From NCBI GenBank assembly GCA_003427395.1, contig BFEA01000036.1, positions 4,325,464 through 4,384,861 of the forward strand: a DNA stretch of 59,398 nucleotides, read 5' to 3'. A program made the translations under genes and the position numbers. Each line of letters starts with the position of its first letter. Position 1 is the stretch's first letter. Source of the stretch: Chara braunii (taxonomy: Eukaryota > Plantae > Charophyceae). This document shows, piece after piece, positions 12,571-23,926 of the stretch. The notes under the pieces were generated by a model that ran no database searches, had not been told where the DNA came from, and saw only the letters and a list, made by a program, of their open reading frames with translations.

Positions 12571-12686
12571 TGCCACGTCAGCAGACCACGTCAACAGGCC
12601 ACGTCAGCAGACTACGTTAGTACGTCAGCAGGCCACGTCAGCAGGCTACGTCAGCAGGCTACGTCAGCAGTGCCACGTCAGCAGCA
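12571..12686 (+). repeat. About 13-bp tandem array (GCCACGTCAGCAG) in the retrotransposon leader
   Basis: About 9 ACGT-core units directly visible. Confidence 0.85.
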
Positions 12687-12742
12687 GAGGATACCAAACA
12701 GGTCCCGGCCAGTCTATGCGGTTGAGATCTCAAACAGCAGTC

Positions 12743-14035
12743 ATGGACCAGCGGCCCGGAGAAGCGGATGAGGCCTATCAGGCCCGCATGCTGGCCTGGA
12801 GTACCGAGACTAAGAAACGGGCAGATGACGCTGCAGCCGCAGCGAAGAAGAAGGCAGAGGATGCCGAGCAGGCGCGTCTGCTGGCACTTGAACAACAGCG
12901 CCAGCATGACGAAGCAACACCAAGGGCTGCCGATGAAGAACGAACACAGCGCCGAGAGAAGATATTTACCGGAGAGCGGGCGTTACTTACCATGGCAGCA
13001 GAATGGCGAACCGAGGCCGAGAATAACCAGTTGGAGGATAACGCAAACAAGATAGCGCTCCTCCTCTCGCATCTCACGGATCTCCTGGCAACCTGCATTA
13101 CCCAGCAGGCAGAGATCCTTGGTCTCGACAGATCGCTAGCTCACCTCCAAGACCATTTTCAGCGGTTGGAGCAGCGACCAGTCGCCGCCGCCGACGCAGG
13201 CTCTTCCAACACTGCCGACCGCCTCAATGCATTGGAGATGCACGTCGGCTCACTCCAGGATGGCGCACAGTTACAGCTCACCGCGACGCAACACCAGGCT
13301 TGGTTGGACAACCTCCTGTCCAAGTACGGAGTAGTAGCGGTCGACTTGCACACCAAGATCAGTTGGGATGATCTGAAGGCGGCGTGGCACAAGCGGTTCC
13401 AGGTGGAGCCGCCAGAGATCAAAGCCATGGACAAGCTCATGGTCTTCGAGCAAGGCACTCTGCCGAGTACGGACTGGATCGCCGAGTACCAACACTTGAC
13501 GTCAGCCCCAGACATCCAGATGGGCTTCAAGGCCATCCGCCATTACTTCATCTCAAGGTCATGTCCGACATTGAGTAATGCCCTGACGCATGTCGAGGAC
13601 ACCTTGACGACGACGGCGGAACTATTCGACAAGGCTGCGCAGATCATCATCACGAACAAGGAGGCCAAGAACCTCCGTTCATCTGCGTCAGGCCCGAGCA
13701 GGGACCAGCATCGGCCAAGAGTGGCCGTGGTCGCAGCGGCAGCGCCGTTAGACCAAACCAGCGAGGTTGTGTCTGCCAGTGAAGGGGACAGATTCACAGC
13801 CGCCCGGGAAGGTGGCCGCGCCGGCAGAGACCGAGGACGCGGCAAGACGAAGACACACACCGTTTCTAGCCCCGGGCCCGGTGCAGCAGCTCAGACAGGC
13901 CCATGGACCCTGTATGGCATCTCCGAGTCCGAATACAAGGCGCGCGAGAGATTCCACTATTGCCTTTGGTGCAACAGCGATCTTCATCAGACGCAGGTTT
14001 GCCCATTGAAAGGCAAGGGCAGACAGGGAAACTGA
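12743..14035 (+). CDS. gag: Gag (coiled N-terminus, capsid-like region, CCHC zinc knuckle)
   Basis: CLWCNSDLHQTQVC knuckle; lies after PBS; first ATG at 12743. Confidence 0.88.
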   Translation: MDQRPGEADEAYQARMLAWSTETKKRADDAAAAAKKKAEDAEQARLLALEQQRQHDEATPRAADEERTQRREKIFTGERALLTMAAEWRTEAENNQLEDNANKIALLLSHLTDLLATCITQQAEILGLDRSLAHLQDHFQRLEQRPVAAADAGSSNTADRLNALEMHVGSLQDGAQLQLTATQHQAWLDNLLSKYGVVAVDLHTKISWDDLKAAWHKRFQVEPPEIKAMDKLMVFEQGTLPSTDWIAEYQHLTSAPDIQMGFKAIRHYFISRSCPTLSNALTHVEDTLTTTAELFDKAAQIIITNKEAKNLRSSASGPSRDQHRPRVAVVAAAAPLDQTSEVVSASEGDRFTAAREGGRAGRDRGRGKTKTHTVSSPGPGAAAQTGPWTLYGISESEYKARERFHYCLWCNSDLHQTQVCPLKGKGRQGN

Positions 14036-14067
14036 GCACCGCCGAGAGTGACGCGACGACACTCTCG
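14026..14067 (+). promoter_or_regulatory. Putative -1 ribosomal frameshift signal (G GGA AAC plus hairpin)
   Basis: XXXYYYZ heptamer directly before the gag stop; stem CGAGAGTG/CACTCTCG; pol is in the -1 frame. Confidence 0.75.
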
Positions 14068-17000
14068 ACGCCTTCGGAACTGGTTTCTTCGCGAGTAACC
14101 AGCCTTCATTCCGAGGCGCACGCGGAAGTCGATAGTCCTCCGTTTCAACTTTCTTTTGAGGACTATGCTGCCCAGCTCGTTCCAACGCTGGGTACTCAAG
14201 CTCAAGGACAAGGAGTGTGTGCGGTTTCTTCTCCGTCCGGCCACAGCGACAGATCGTCTTCAAGTGGTTCGTCACGAGATTCGGCGCGCGAGTTCAATGT
14301 AGAGGCATTGGACCCGCTCACGTCTGAGGACTTTGCATGGCTTCCTCTCCCGACCACAGGCTGTTTGCCGGGACCGCAATGCGCAGCACTTAGCGCTAAG
14401 CTTCACACATACCTATCCTTCTATGCACCACCAACTTCGCCGACGGATGACGAAGTCGCGGTGGGGTACATCCTGGCGTATATTACCAAGGTGGCCCGCG
14501 AGTTTCGCACGCAGCGGTACGATGACAACAACGCACCACTCATGAATGTCCGCATTCAGGTTGGGCAAGCGTCCTGCAACGCTTTGCTGGATAGCGGCGC
14601 GTCTCGCAACTTCATGAGCCAGTCTTTTATGCAAAGGGCTGGCCTTGGCGCACAAGTTCGGAGGAAGGCAAACCCGACGGCGATCAAGTTGGCGGATGGT
14701 AAGACGCAACAACTTCTCGACCGTTACATCGAGGCCGTACCGGTCTACTTCGCACCTCATGCATACGAACCATTGACATTCGATATTCTCGACACGGACT
14801 TCGACATCATTCTGGGAATGCCTTGGCTTGCAAGTGCAGATCACACGGTCAACTTCCATCGGCGGACTCTTAGCGTTCGCGACGCCTTCGGCGCGAAAGT
14901 GGCGTGTACTATTCCTCTACCGCACACTTCGATCCGGTGCCAAGTAGTGATGGCCAAATCATTCCGGGCGACTTGCGCTTACGAGCAGCCCGAGGAGATC
15001 GGCCTATGTTTCCTACGGACCGTCGCGGTAGCCGACTCTTCACCCACGGACTTGTCTTCAGACCCCCGTGTGGTACGGTTGCTGGACGAGTTCGCCGACA
15101 TATTCGAGTCACCTACCGGTGTGGTGCCGGGTCGGCCGATCTCTCACGAGATCATTCTTAAGGCCGGTGCCGTGCCGCCGAAAGGTTGCATCTATCGGAT
15201 GAGCGAGGAGGAGCTTGAGGTCCTCCGCGCACAACTTGATGATTTGTTGGCCAAGGGCTGGATCCGCCCGAGTAGCTCCCCATATGGAGCACCAGTTCTC
15301 TTCGTCAGGAAGAAGAACAAGGATCTACGATTGTGAATCGACTACCGCAAGCTCAACACACAAACCGTCAAGAATGCGGGGCCTCTTCCTCGCATAGACG
15401 ATCTTCTTGATCGGCTGGGCAGCGCGAAGTACTTTTCCACGTTGGATTTGAATCAGGATATCATCAAATCTCGATCCAGCCGAACGATCGCTACAAGACC
15501 GCGTTCAAGACGCAATATGGGCATTTTGAGTGGGTGGTCATGCCTTTTGGCCTCACCAACGCCCCGGCGACCTTTCAGGCGGCGATGACCAATGAGTTTC
15601 GTGCAATGTTGGACCGGTTCGTGCTGGTCTACTTAGACGATATTCTCGTCTATAGCCGGTCATTGGAGGATCATCTGGGGCATCCTCGACAAGTGTTGGA
15701 GACACTCCGCCGCGCCAAGTACAAGGCCAACCGTGACAAGTGTGAATTTGTCCGGCAAGAGCTGGAATACTTGGGCCATTTTGTCACACCGGAGGGCATC
15801 AGTCCGCTATCGGACAAGATTCAGGCCGTCCAAGAGTGGCCGGAGCCTCGGAACGTCACAGATGTCCGCTCGTTCCTCGGTCTTACCGGCTACTATCAGT
15901 GCTTCATCAAAGGCTACTCCAAGATCGCGGCCCACTTGAACAAGCTTCAGTGCGAGGATCGGCCGTTTGACTTCGGAGAGGAGGCGCGAGGATCCTTCTT
16001 CGCTCTCAAAGTCGCGCTATTGTCTCCGGAGGTCTTGCGGATATACGACCCGCTCGCGCCTACACGTGTCACCACGGATGCGTCTGGCTATGGCATTGGT
16101 GCAGTCCTCGAGCAACATGATGGTGTGGACTGGCACCCGGTCGAATACTTCAGCAAGAAAGTGCCTCTTGTGCATTCCATTGACGATGCACGCAAGAAGG
16201 AGCTCCTCAACTTCGTCCACGCACTCAAGCGGTGGCGGCACTTCCTCCTTGGTCGAAGCCAGTTTCGATGGGTAACGAACAACAATCCGTTGGTCTTCTA
16301 CAAGACCCAGGACACCGTCAACAGCACCATCGCTCGATGGATGGCTTTCATCAACCAGTTCGACTTCTTTCCCGATCGCATTCCCGGGAAGTCGAACCAT
16401 TTTGCGGATGCTCTTTCACGGCGTCCGGATCATTGTACCGCAGTCTACTCGACCTTCGAGATTGACGACGACTTGCGGAACAACTTCATCCGCGGATACC
16501 AAGCCGACCCCGAGTTTTGCGACAAGTACGCGAATTGCTCCTCTCCTAATCCGGCTCCTTCTCACTACCGGATCCAAGAGGGGTACTTGCATGTCCACAC
16601 GCGGGGGAAGGACCTTCTTTGCGTACCGAGTGATCCTCACTTGCGTACACGGCTTCTTGGTGAGTTCCACGACGCTCCCGCTACTGGACATTTTGGAGTC
16701 AATCGCACAATTGGCCGACTTCGCCAGCGATTTTGGTGGCCCGGCCTTCTCGGCGACGTCACGCGCTATTGCGAGTCATGCGAGGTTTGTCGACGCTGCA
16801 AATCCCGCAACCATCGTCCGTACGGCGAGTTACGACCATTGCCAATCCCGTTGAGGCGAAGGGAAGCGATTGTCATGGACATCACCGGCCCGTTCCCCAA
16901 GCACAAGACCAGAGTGGATGGGATTTTCACGGTGGTCGACCGACTCACCAAGTTCGCCATGTTTTTGCCTGGTCGCTATCATGCCAAGGCACCGGAGTTG

Positions 17001-18020
17001 GCCGAGGTTCTGTACGCCGGTTGGATTCGCACCAAGGGTTACCCCAAGGAGATCGTCTGCGACCGCGACACTCGGTTCATGTCNGATTTTTGGTTGGCGC
17101 TCATCAAGCGATGGGGCTCATCTCTCAAGCCCAGTTCAGCTCGCCACCCTCAGACCGATGGCCAGACGGAGAGGGCGCATCAGACCGCACAGGTTCTCCT
17201 TCGCACTCTCATCCGCCCCGACCAAAAAGACTGGGTTGAGCGACTGCCGGATGTTGAGTTGGCCTACAACTCTTCCATCCACCCAGCTATTGGGATATCG
17301 CCCTTTGAGTTCGAGCACGGCTCGCCGGTTACGTCACCGTTGGACACGATTACTCCACGCACGGCCGAGAGCGACGACCATCTTCTTTTCTTGTGTCGGA
17401 TGCAAGAGCTTCTTGACAAGGCACGCGACCAGATGGCTAAGACGCAGCAGCGCATGAGCCAACAGGCAAATCGCCAGCGTCTTCCTTGTCCATTCCGCGC
17501 CGGGGACCTCGTCTGGGTTTCAGCAGCGGAATTCAGCCTTGAACAAGACATCTCTCGCAAGCTCCTTCCGAAATGGATGGGGCCTTGGCCGATCATTGAG
17601 CCCGTTGGGGACGCACCTGAAGGACCTTCCTTCACGATTCAGGTGCCTAGCCACTTGCCCGTCTACCCAGTCTTTCATTGTTCCAAATTGGCTCTGTACA
17701 CGCCAGCGGAACATGACGATTTTCCCGGGAGACGTACGCAGGACCCACCTTCTATGGATGGTTTTCAGGACGTCGGCGACATCATCTCCCAGCGACGCTA
17801 CGGCAACAAGCCAACTGAGTATTTGGTGCATTTTGCCTACTGCACACATCAAGCTGACCGTTGGTTAACCCGTGCGGAACTGCAAGCGACAGCTCCAGAC
17901 GTTCTCGCACGCCACGAGCGCAAGATGCAAGGCAAGCCGGTTTCTTCGGCTCCACGTCGCACCCGCGTCCAGGTTCCACCTTCAGATCGACGGCTTCGCC
18001 CTTGCCCCGGCTTGACTTAG
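14032..18020 (+). pseudogene. pol: Pol polyprotein: protease, RT, RNase H, integrase, chromodomain; disrupted
   Basis: LLDSGAS, YLDD, TDASGYGIGAVL, HHCC, DDE core, EYLVHF..DRW chromodomain; premature TGA at 15334-15336 and 1-nt deletion near 15451 in LDLKSGYHQ. Confidence 0.93.
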
Positions 18021-18030
18021 GAGGGGGGGG
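18019..18030 (+). promoter_or_regulatory. Polypurine tract
   Basis: AGGAGGGGGGGG abutting the 3' LTR. Confidence 0.9.
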
Positions 18031-19426
18031 TGTTACATGCAGCGCGTACACACACGGGCCATTTTGCAGGCCCGACGGCCATTTTGCAGGCCTGCGTCCG
18101 TTCAAGCTAAAAGCCTGAACTTCAGGCCAAAAGCCGAAAGCCTGAAATCCAAGGCTTACAGGCCCCCTGTCGGCTCAGCCCGAAAGCCTGAAGTTCAGGG
18201 CCTATCCCTGGTTGTTTCATACTAAAAATGGCAACAGCCTTTTTAGCTTGAAACGAAGGGCCATTTTCGGCCGTTCATCAGAACGACTGGCCCTGAAACT
18301 CAGGCACCGAACCAGGGTTTCGGGAACAGACTATTAATAGTTTGTTTCCCACGCCAGCCTCAAGCAGGCTGCTGCACGCCAGCCCCTGGCACACTTCGGC
18401 ATTGGCAAGAGCTGCCTCCTCGGCCTGACTGGCCTCCAGTAGTCAGGAGGCAGGCCGAGGTAGTACATAGGACTTCCCAGGCACTTCCGAGGTAGGCAGT
18501 CGGTCAGTTGTAGTCTTCAGGATTCGGGAGCAGCACTCTGGAGGGAGCGCTGCAGTGTAGTAGTAGTAGCGTTAGCTTGTNNNNNNNNNNNNNNNNNNNN
18601 NNNNNNNNNNNNNNNNNNNNNNNNNNNNNNNNNNNNNNNNNNNNNNNNNNNNNNNNNNNNNNNNNNNNNNNNNNNNNNNNNNNNNNNNNNNNNNNNNNNN
18701 NNNNNNNNNNNNNNNNNNNNNNNNNNNNNNNNNNNNNNNNNNNNNNNNNNNNNNNNNNNNNNNNNNNNNNNNNNNNNNNNNNNNNNNNNNNNNNNNNNNN
18801 NNNNNNNNNNNNNNNNNNNNNNNNNNNNNNNNNNNNNNNNNNNNNNNNNNNNNNNNNNNNNNNNNNNNNNNNNNNNNNNNNNNNNNNNNNNNNNNNNNNN
18901 NNNNNNNNNNNNNNNNNNNNNNNNNNNNNNNNNNNNNNNNNNNNNNNNNNNNNNNNNNNNNNNNNNNNNNNNNNNNNNNNNNNNNNNNNNNNNNNNNNNN
19001 NNNNNNNNNNNNNNNNNNNNNNNNNNNNNNNNNNNNNNNNNNNNNNNNNNNNNNNNNNNNNNNNNNNNNNNNNNNNNNNNNNNNNNNNNNNNNNNNNNNN
19101 NNNNNNNNNNNNNNNNNNNNNNNNNNNNNNNNNNNNNNNNNNNNNNNNNNNNNNNNNNNNNNNNNNNNNNNNNNNNNNNNNNNNNNNNNNNNNNNNNNNN
19201 NNNNNNNNNNNNNNNNNNNNNNNNNNNNNNNNNNNNNNNNNNNNNNNNNNNNNNNNNNNNNNNNNNNNNNNNNNNNNNNNNNNNNNNNNNNNNNNNNNNN
19301 NNNNNNNNNNNNNNNNNNNNNNNNNNNNNNNNNNNNNNNNACTCGCACTGTATTGTCCATTCAGTCCTTTTCATCACATTGCAGTTCCTCGGTTATTACG
19401 TACATTGCATATCTGTGCATGTAACA
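18031..19426 (+). repeat. 3' LTR (contains N gap)
   Basis: Direct repeat of the 5' LTR, followed by TSD GGAAC. Confidence 0.95.
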
Positions 19427-19556
19427 GGAACTGTCATCAGAACTTTGAGCAGAACTATCATCCGAAGTGTCATCAAACCTTTCATCAAGATTGTGGAAAC
19501 AAAGACTTGTATAGAGCATACCCTCATAATGCTCACGTTAATCCAACACAGCGGAG

Positions 19557-19620
19557 CCACTCCTCACCATCATGTGGCTCGAGGACGGCACCAATGCCGT
19601 AGCCGGACACATCGGTGCCA
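19557..19620 (-). pseudogene. Old Gypsy RNase H fragment (TDVSGYGIGAVLEPHDGEEW)
   Basis: Manual translation matches TDASGYGIGAVLEQHDGVDW of the adjacent element, opposite strand. Confidence 0.75.
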
Positions 19621-20552
19621 ATCCTCACCGCCCATTTATAGACCCATTCAGAAGAATGTTGATCACTCGTTAACTGAAGATCAGCAGGGTCATCACAGAG
19701 GAGAAGCTGTGACCAGAGACTTTCTCACGCATGTACTTGTGCTTCCCACATGTCCTGAGAAACTCTCAGGACAGGTGACGATTGGCGAGGGGTAGGATTC
19801 AGCAAGTAAGGGTGTTCAGTCCTTTGCAAAATATAATCTGCCACTGCTCACCCTTGGGGTGGTGACCATAAATAAGAATGCTGCACTGCAGGGGGCTCAT
19901 TTAGAAGACTGCTTTCCACAGCTCGTTGCTGTGCCCATTCTTTGCCAGCCGAGGGTGGAGGAAGTCCCATCACAGGTTGCACTGGAGGAAATCCAGCACT
20001 GCATGTGGCGCATGAGGGAAGAGGTTCGCGAGGACAGTTACAATTGGGTTTACCAGCCCCCGAAAGGAGCTCCGGGATCGCAAGAGTGCAATGCACTTCT
20101 GACTTCATATATGTGCTCCATGGCTGTGGTCAGTTTGTGTCATGACATATTTGGCCTCGTCTCATGACGAGTGCAACCCTTATTTCTGTTTGCTAAGACA
20201 TCATAACGATGTGCTGCACTCGCAACTGTTTGTGTGTGTTGTTTTAAAAGACCCCAGAATCCCAGATAAATCATCACAAGCCATCCATGACGAAAAAGTA
20301 TAGATAGGCGATATAATAGAAAATGCAAGGTTGGCCACGTTTGTGTGGTTCAGTGCCAAGTGCCCACACACCCGTCTGCCACCAAAGTGGCACACTTGCA
20401 CATATACATATGTATACATATATATTTCAAACCATAAGGGGATGGAGGGCAGAAGGCAACTTACCTAATGTGTGTCTCTGTGTGTGTGTGTGTGTGTCTG
20501 TGTGTTGTCATGTTCGCTATACACAAGTCCACAGAAAACGCATGACTGAGCC

Positions 20553-20607
20553 AGATTGCTTCATCCGACTCTCGCCGACTCGTCACGAGGTTAGACCACG
20601 ACAGTCA
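20553..20607 (-). ncRNA. Degenerate type III hammerhead ribozyme relic
   Basis: GACTG TC GTGG tctaa CCTC GTGACGA GTCGG cgagagt CGGAT GAAG CAATC; colinear with 42341-42396 but core mutated. Confidence 0.6.
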
Positions 20608-20793
20608 GCCGAGGATGCTCACCACGTTGCTCATACTCTGTGCGTGTGTTGTGTGTTGTCATGTTCGCAACGAACAACTCCACAAAAAGAGCAGGACCGT
20701 GCAATTTCACCGGACTTTCATCAGGAGGTTATTGTAGAATGTCACCAGAACAACCCCATTGTCCACCCAAATGCACAGACCCAAAGTTGAAGC

Positions 20794-20862
<69 letters not shown>

Positions 20863-21104
20863 AAAAACACACACATTCTCTCTCAACCCCCTCCCCTTCT
20901 CTCCCCCTTTGTCTCTTGCACACCTAACTGTTTACGAACAGATCAAGCGCTCAAACATGGTTCGATACGACAACTACATGTTGGGGAACAAAAACAAACA
21001 AACAAACAAACAAACAAAAAAAAACATTCAATCACTCTTACGGTCTAACAACCTTCCCCCCTCCAAGACAGAGCAAGACGAGCAGGGGAACTTCCAAACT
21101 GTAC

Positions 21105-21362
21105 CAGGTGTGAGGTTTTGTCATGTCCGCCGACGACACAAGCTCGCGAATTTCTTCAATTTCCCGCCTGTGCAAGTCCAAGCAGTACTCTGTGAAAAGA
21201 GGAAACAAAAAGTACTCCGCCTCTCTTGTCGGTCCAAGTTTGAGAATCATGTCTCGAAGCTCTGGCACCATGGCTCGCAGAACAAGCTTCTTGAACTTTG
21301 CGGAAGAAGATCGAAAAAGATTATTGTTAACGTACAGGGACAAGGCCTGCTTGACCGACCAC
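21105..21362 (-). CDS. SUV3: SUV3 exon 2 (G-WSVKQALSLYV...FLFPLFTEYC...ADMTKPHTW)
   Basis: Resembles the plant SUV3 N-terminal domain; ggcag| acceptor at 21363, |gtacag donor at 21104; phase 2 at both ends. Confidence 0.9.
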
Positions 21363-21689
21363 CTGCCGGATGCCGAACACACGCAACACGCAACAAGAAG
21401 AACAAGAAAGCGTTACAGCAAGGCACAGAGGGAGGGAGAGAGAGGAAGAGAGAGAGAGAAGGGGGGGGGGAGGAGGGAATGATTGAAATTTTAAAATCAA
21501 TCTCGGCTACTTGGCTACGCAGGGAACAAGAAGAGTAAGAAAGAGTGGCAGCAAGGCACAGAGGCAGAGAGAAAGAGAGGGGGGCAAGGGGGGAATGATT
21601 AAATTTTTAAAAACAATCTAGGCTACTTGGCTTGCCCGGCCGTGCACCCCAGGCAAGTCGCCCAGGGATCAACTGCATGAGGCACGCCA

Positions 21690-22145
21690 TGCAGGCGAAA
21701 ATCAGCCCTTTATTTCTATTTTTATTTTATTTTGGGTCGAGGGCCAGAGGAGTCCAGATCCGGGCTCCTTTCTTTTTTCCGAGTGTTGGCTGTCAAGGGG
21801 GGGGAAGGGGGGAAGGGGGGGGAAGAGGGGGGAAGAGGGGGTATAAATTAGTTTTCGAGGAGCTGAAGGGGTTGAGAGGGGGGCAGCCTTAGTCTGATTT
21901 TGCTGTTTCCATTTTTATCTTTGGTTCTGTGAGAAATTCTTAAGCGACCCTCAGCCAAAAGTTGTTTGTATTGCAATTCTTTCAGAAAATATTTTTTGCT
22001 GGATTTTTTTTTAGATTTTGTAATTTTATTTCTTTTGGCCCCAGGGCTGCCCGAAACCCTGCCCAGGGTTCATGCCTGGCCGGACACCCGGGCATGTATC
22101 CGGCCACAAGTGGGTTGCTCGGGGTCCCAGACAAACAGCCAAGAA
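21690..22145 (+). repeat. Dispersed repeat homologous to the interior of the hAT-like element (9050-9400)
   Basis: Shared ATCCGGGCTC, TTGGCTGTCAAGGGGG, GTATAAATTAGTTTT, GACCCTCAGCCAAAAG blocks in the same order. Confidence 0.75.
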
Positions 22146-22489
22146 AACAATTAAATTAAATTAAATTAAATAAAGCAAAAGATCAAGAACTACGATTCGA
22201 TGTACCAACAGTCGCTGCGACTGAGCGGATTGCCAGCGCCGACTCTATGGCCGACCCAGAATCGCCGAGCCTATCGCCGATCCGGTTGTCGTCAGCATTT
22301 CTCGCACGTAGCTGCGCTGCATGACCAGGTGCGCATCGCGAGTACATAGTGCAATAGCGTCGAGGCAAAGAGGATTGGATTGAGCACCTGAAGCTGGACG
22401 TGCTTTAACCAGAAATGCGGAAAGGCAGAACAATCGTGATCTTCTGCATCTCTCCAGAAAAGCGTCCAGATTCTGAGGCATTAAATCCG

Positions 22490-23104
22490 ATCCCCTTTGC
22501 TAGTGGGACCTTGCCACTGACGACACGGAAAACAATATTGGTGAGAATATTTTGGAAAGTTTGACAAGAACAATAACCCTACCAAGAAAAGAGAAAAAGA
22601 GAAAACTTTCCTTTTAAATAACAGGAAAATTAAATATCCAACGTTCCAAAAGAAAAACAGAGAAAATAATAAAACATTCCTTTTTAAAAAACCGGAAAAA
22701 CAATCTTCAACACTTTGAAAAACCCTTAAACCACCACTACCTTTCTCATGTGTGTGGCCGCAGGCCTCCGAATTCAAATTCGGAGGCCACGTGCTACCGA
22801 TGCCGATGAAAAATATCTATGGTGACGGCGCAACGGCTATTTTCAGGAGTATGGTACTAGATCAACGCGGCCGGCATATGGGAAAGGTAGTGGTGGTTTA
22901 AATAAGACCTGTACTTTAAAAAAAGAAAAACTTAAGAAAGACCTGTACCTTGAAAAAAAAAAAAAAAAAAAAAATCCTACAGAAAAACGGATAAACATAT
23001 TAAACAATATTTTCACAAGCTTTCTAAACCCTCAAATGACCTATTTTTCACCCCTAAAGGTCCCACTGAGGGACCAGGGGCGAGATCCCACTAGCAAAGA
23101 GGAT
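22490..23104. mobile_element. Foldback/MITE-like element with nested inverted repeats
   Basis: ATCCCCTTTGCTAGTGGGACC / GATCCCACTAGCAAAGAGGAT termini; internal IR TTAAACCACCACTACCTTTC / GAAAGGTAGTGGTGGTTTAA. Confidence 0.55.
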
Positions 23105-23360
23105 TGGCTAGAGGGGCTGAACCTGGATGTGTTTTAAGCAGATATGCAGAAAAGCAGATCAATTGCGATTTGCTTTCCCTCGCCACACACATATTTAGAT
23201 TCAGGATGCATTAAATCCACAGCAGCACTGGTTCATTTGCAACGACAGCCGCACAGAGAACCGCACCCTCTGTTCTCGGATTTATTTTCTCTCTTTCAAT
23301 AACAGATCTCAAATGGGTCTAAATGGGTCTAAATGGGGTCTAAATGGGTCTAGAGCAAGC

Positions 23361-23421
23361 GGCATAACTCAGTTGTTTAGCCATGCACATGGCATTTCGG
23401 AGGTCGTGGGTTCAATCCCCA
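23361..23421 (+). repeat. tRNA-derived sequence
   Basis: TAACTCAGTTG A-box, GGTTCAATCCC B-box; no proper acceptor stem. Confidence 0.45.
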
Positions 23422-23871
23422 TTAACCACCTGATGCACACATGGTACTAACCAGCAAAAATAGTTGGCTTGCTTCCCTTGGTCGGTTTTGGTAGGGCCTT
23501 CGGCCATCACGGTTGTGAATGTGTGCGTGGGTGTGGGTGTGTACGTGTGTGTGGTTTGTGTGCGGTGTGCGGGAGAGTGTTGGCCTTGGACCCCACTACA
23601 ACTACCTGGGAGGCGCAGCTACTGGCTAAATGCTGTGTCTTTGTGTGGGTGTGTATGTGTGTGTGGTGTGGGTGCGGTGTGTGGGAGGGTGTTGGCCTTA
23701 GACCCTACTAGAACACCGGCCTTGTTTGTTTTTTTTCGAGCCTTCGAAAGAATTTTTTTTTGTTTTTGAGTAAGTTGGCCAAACATTTTCCAAGATTTGT
23801 CGACAAGTTTCAAATTTTGATACGCACATTTTATTTATCTCAGGTTTTTTTTCATCAAATCGCAATTGCGC

Positions 23872-23926
23872 ATAACGGGAATCGAACCCATATCCCCTGC
23901 TACCTGGGAGGCGCAGCTACTGGCTA
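23872..23926 (-). repeat. tRNA-derived sequence
   Basis: TAGCCAGTAG ... GGGTTCGATTCCC; partly duplicated at 23602-23645. Confidence 0.4.

Larger units (their letters stand above)
10399..19426 (+). mobile_element. Full-length Ty3/Gypsy chromovirus LTR retrotransposon (mutated) in SUV3 intron 2
   Basis: Two LTRs TGTTACATGCA...TGCATGTAACA; 5-bp TSD GGAAC (10394-10398 / 19427-19431); gag-PR-RT-RH-INT-chromodomain order. Confidence 0.97.
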
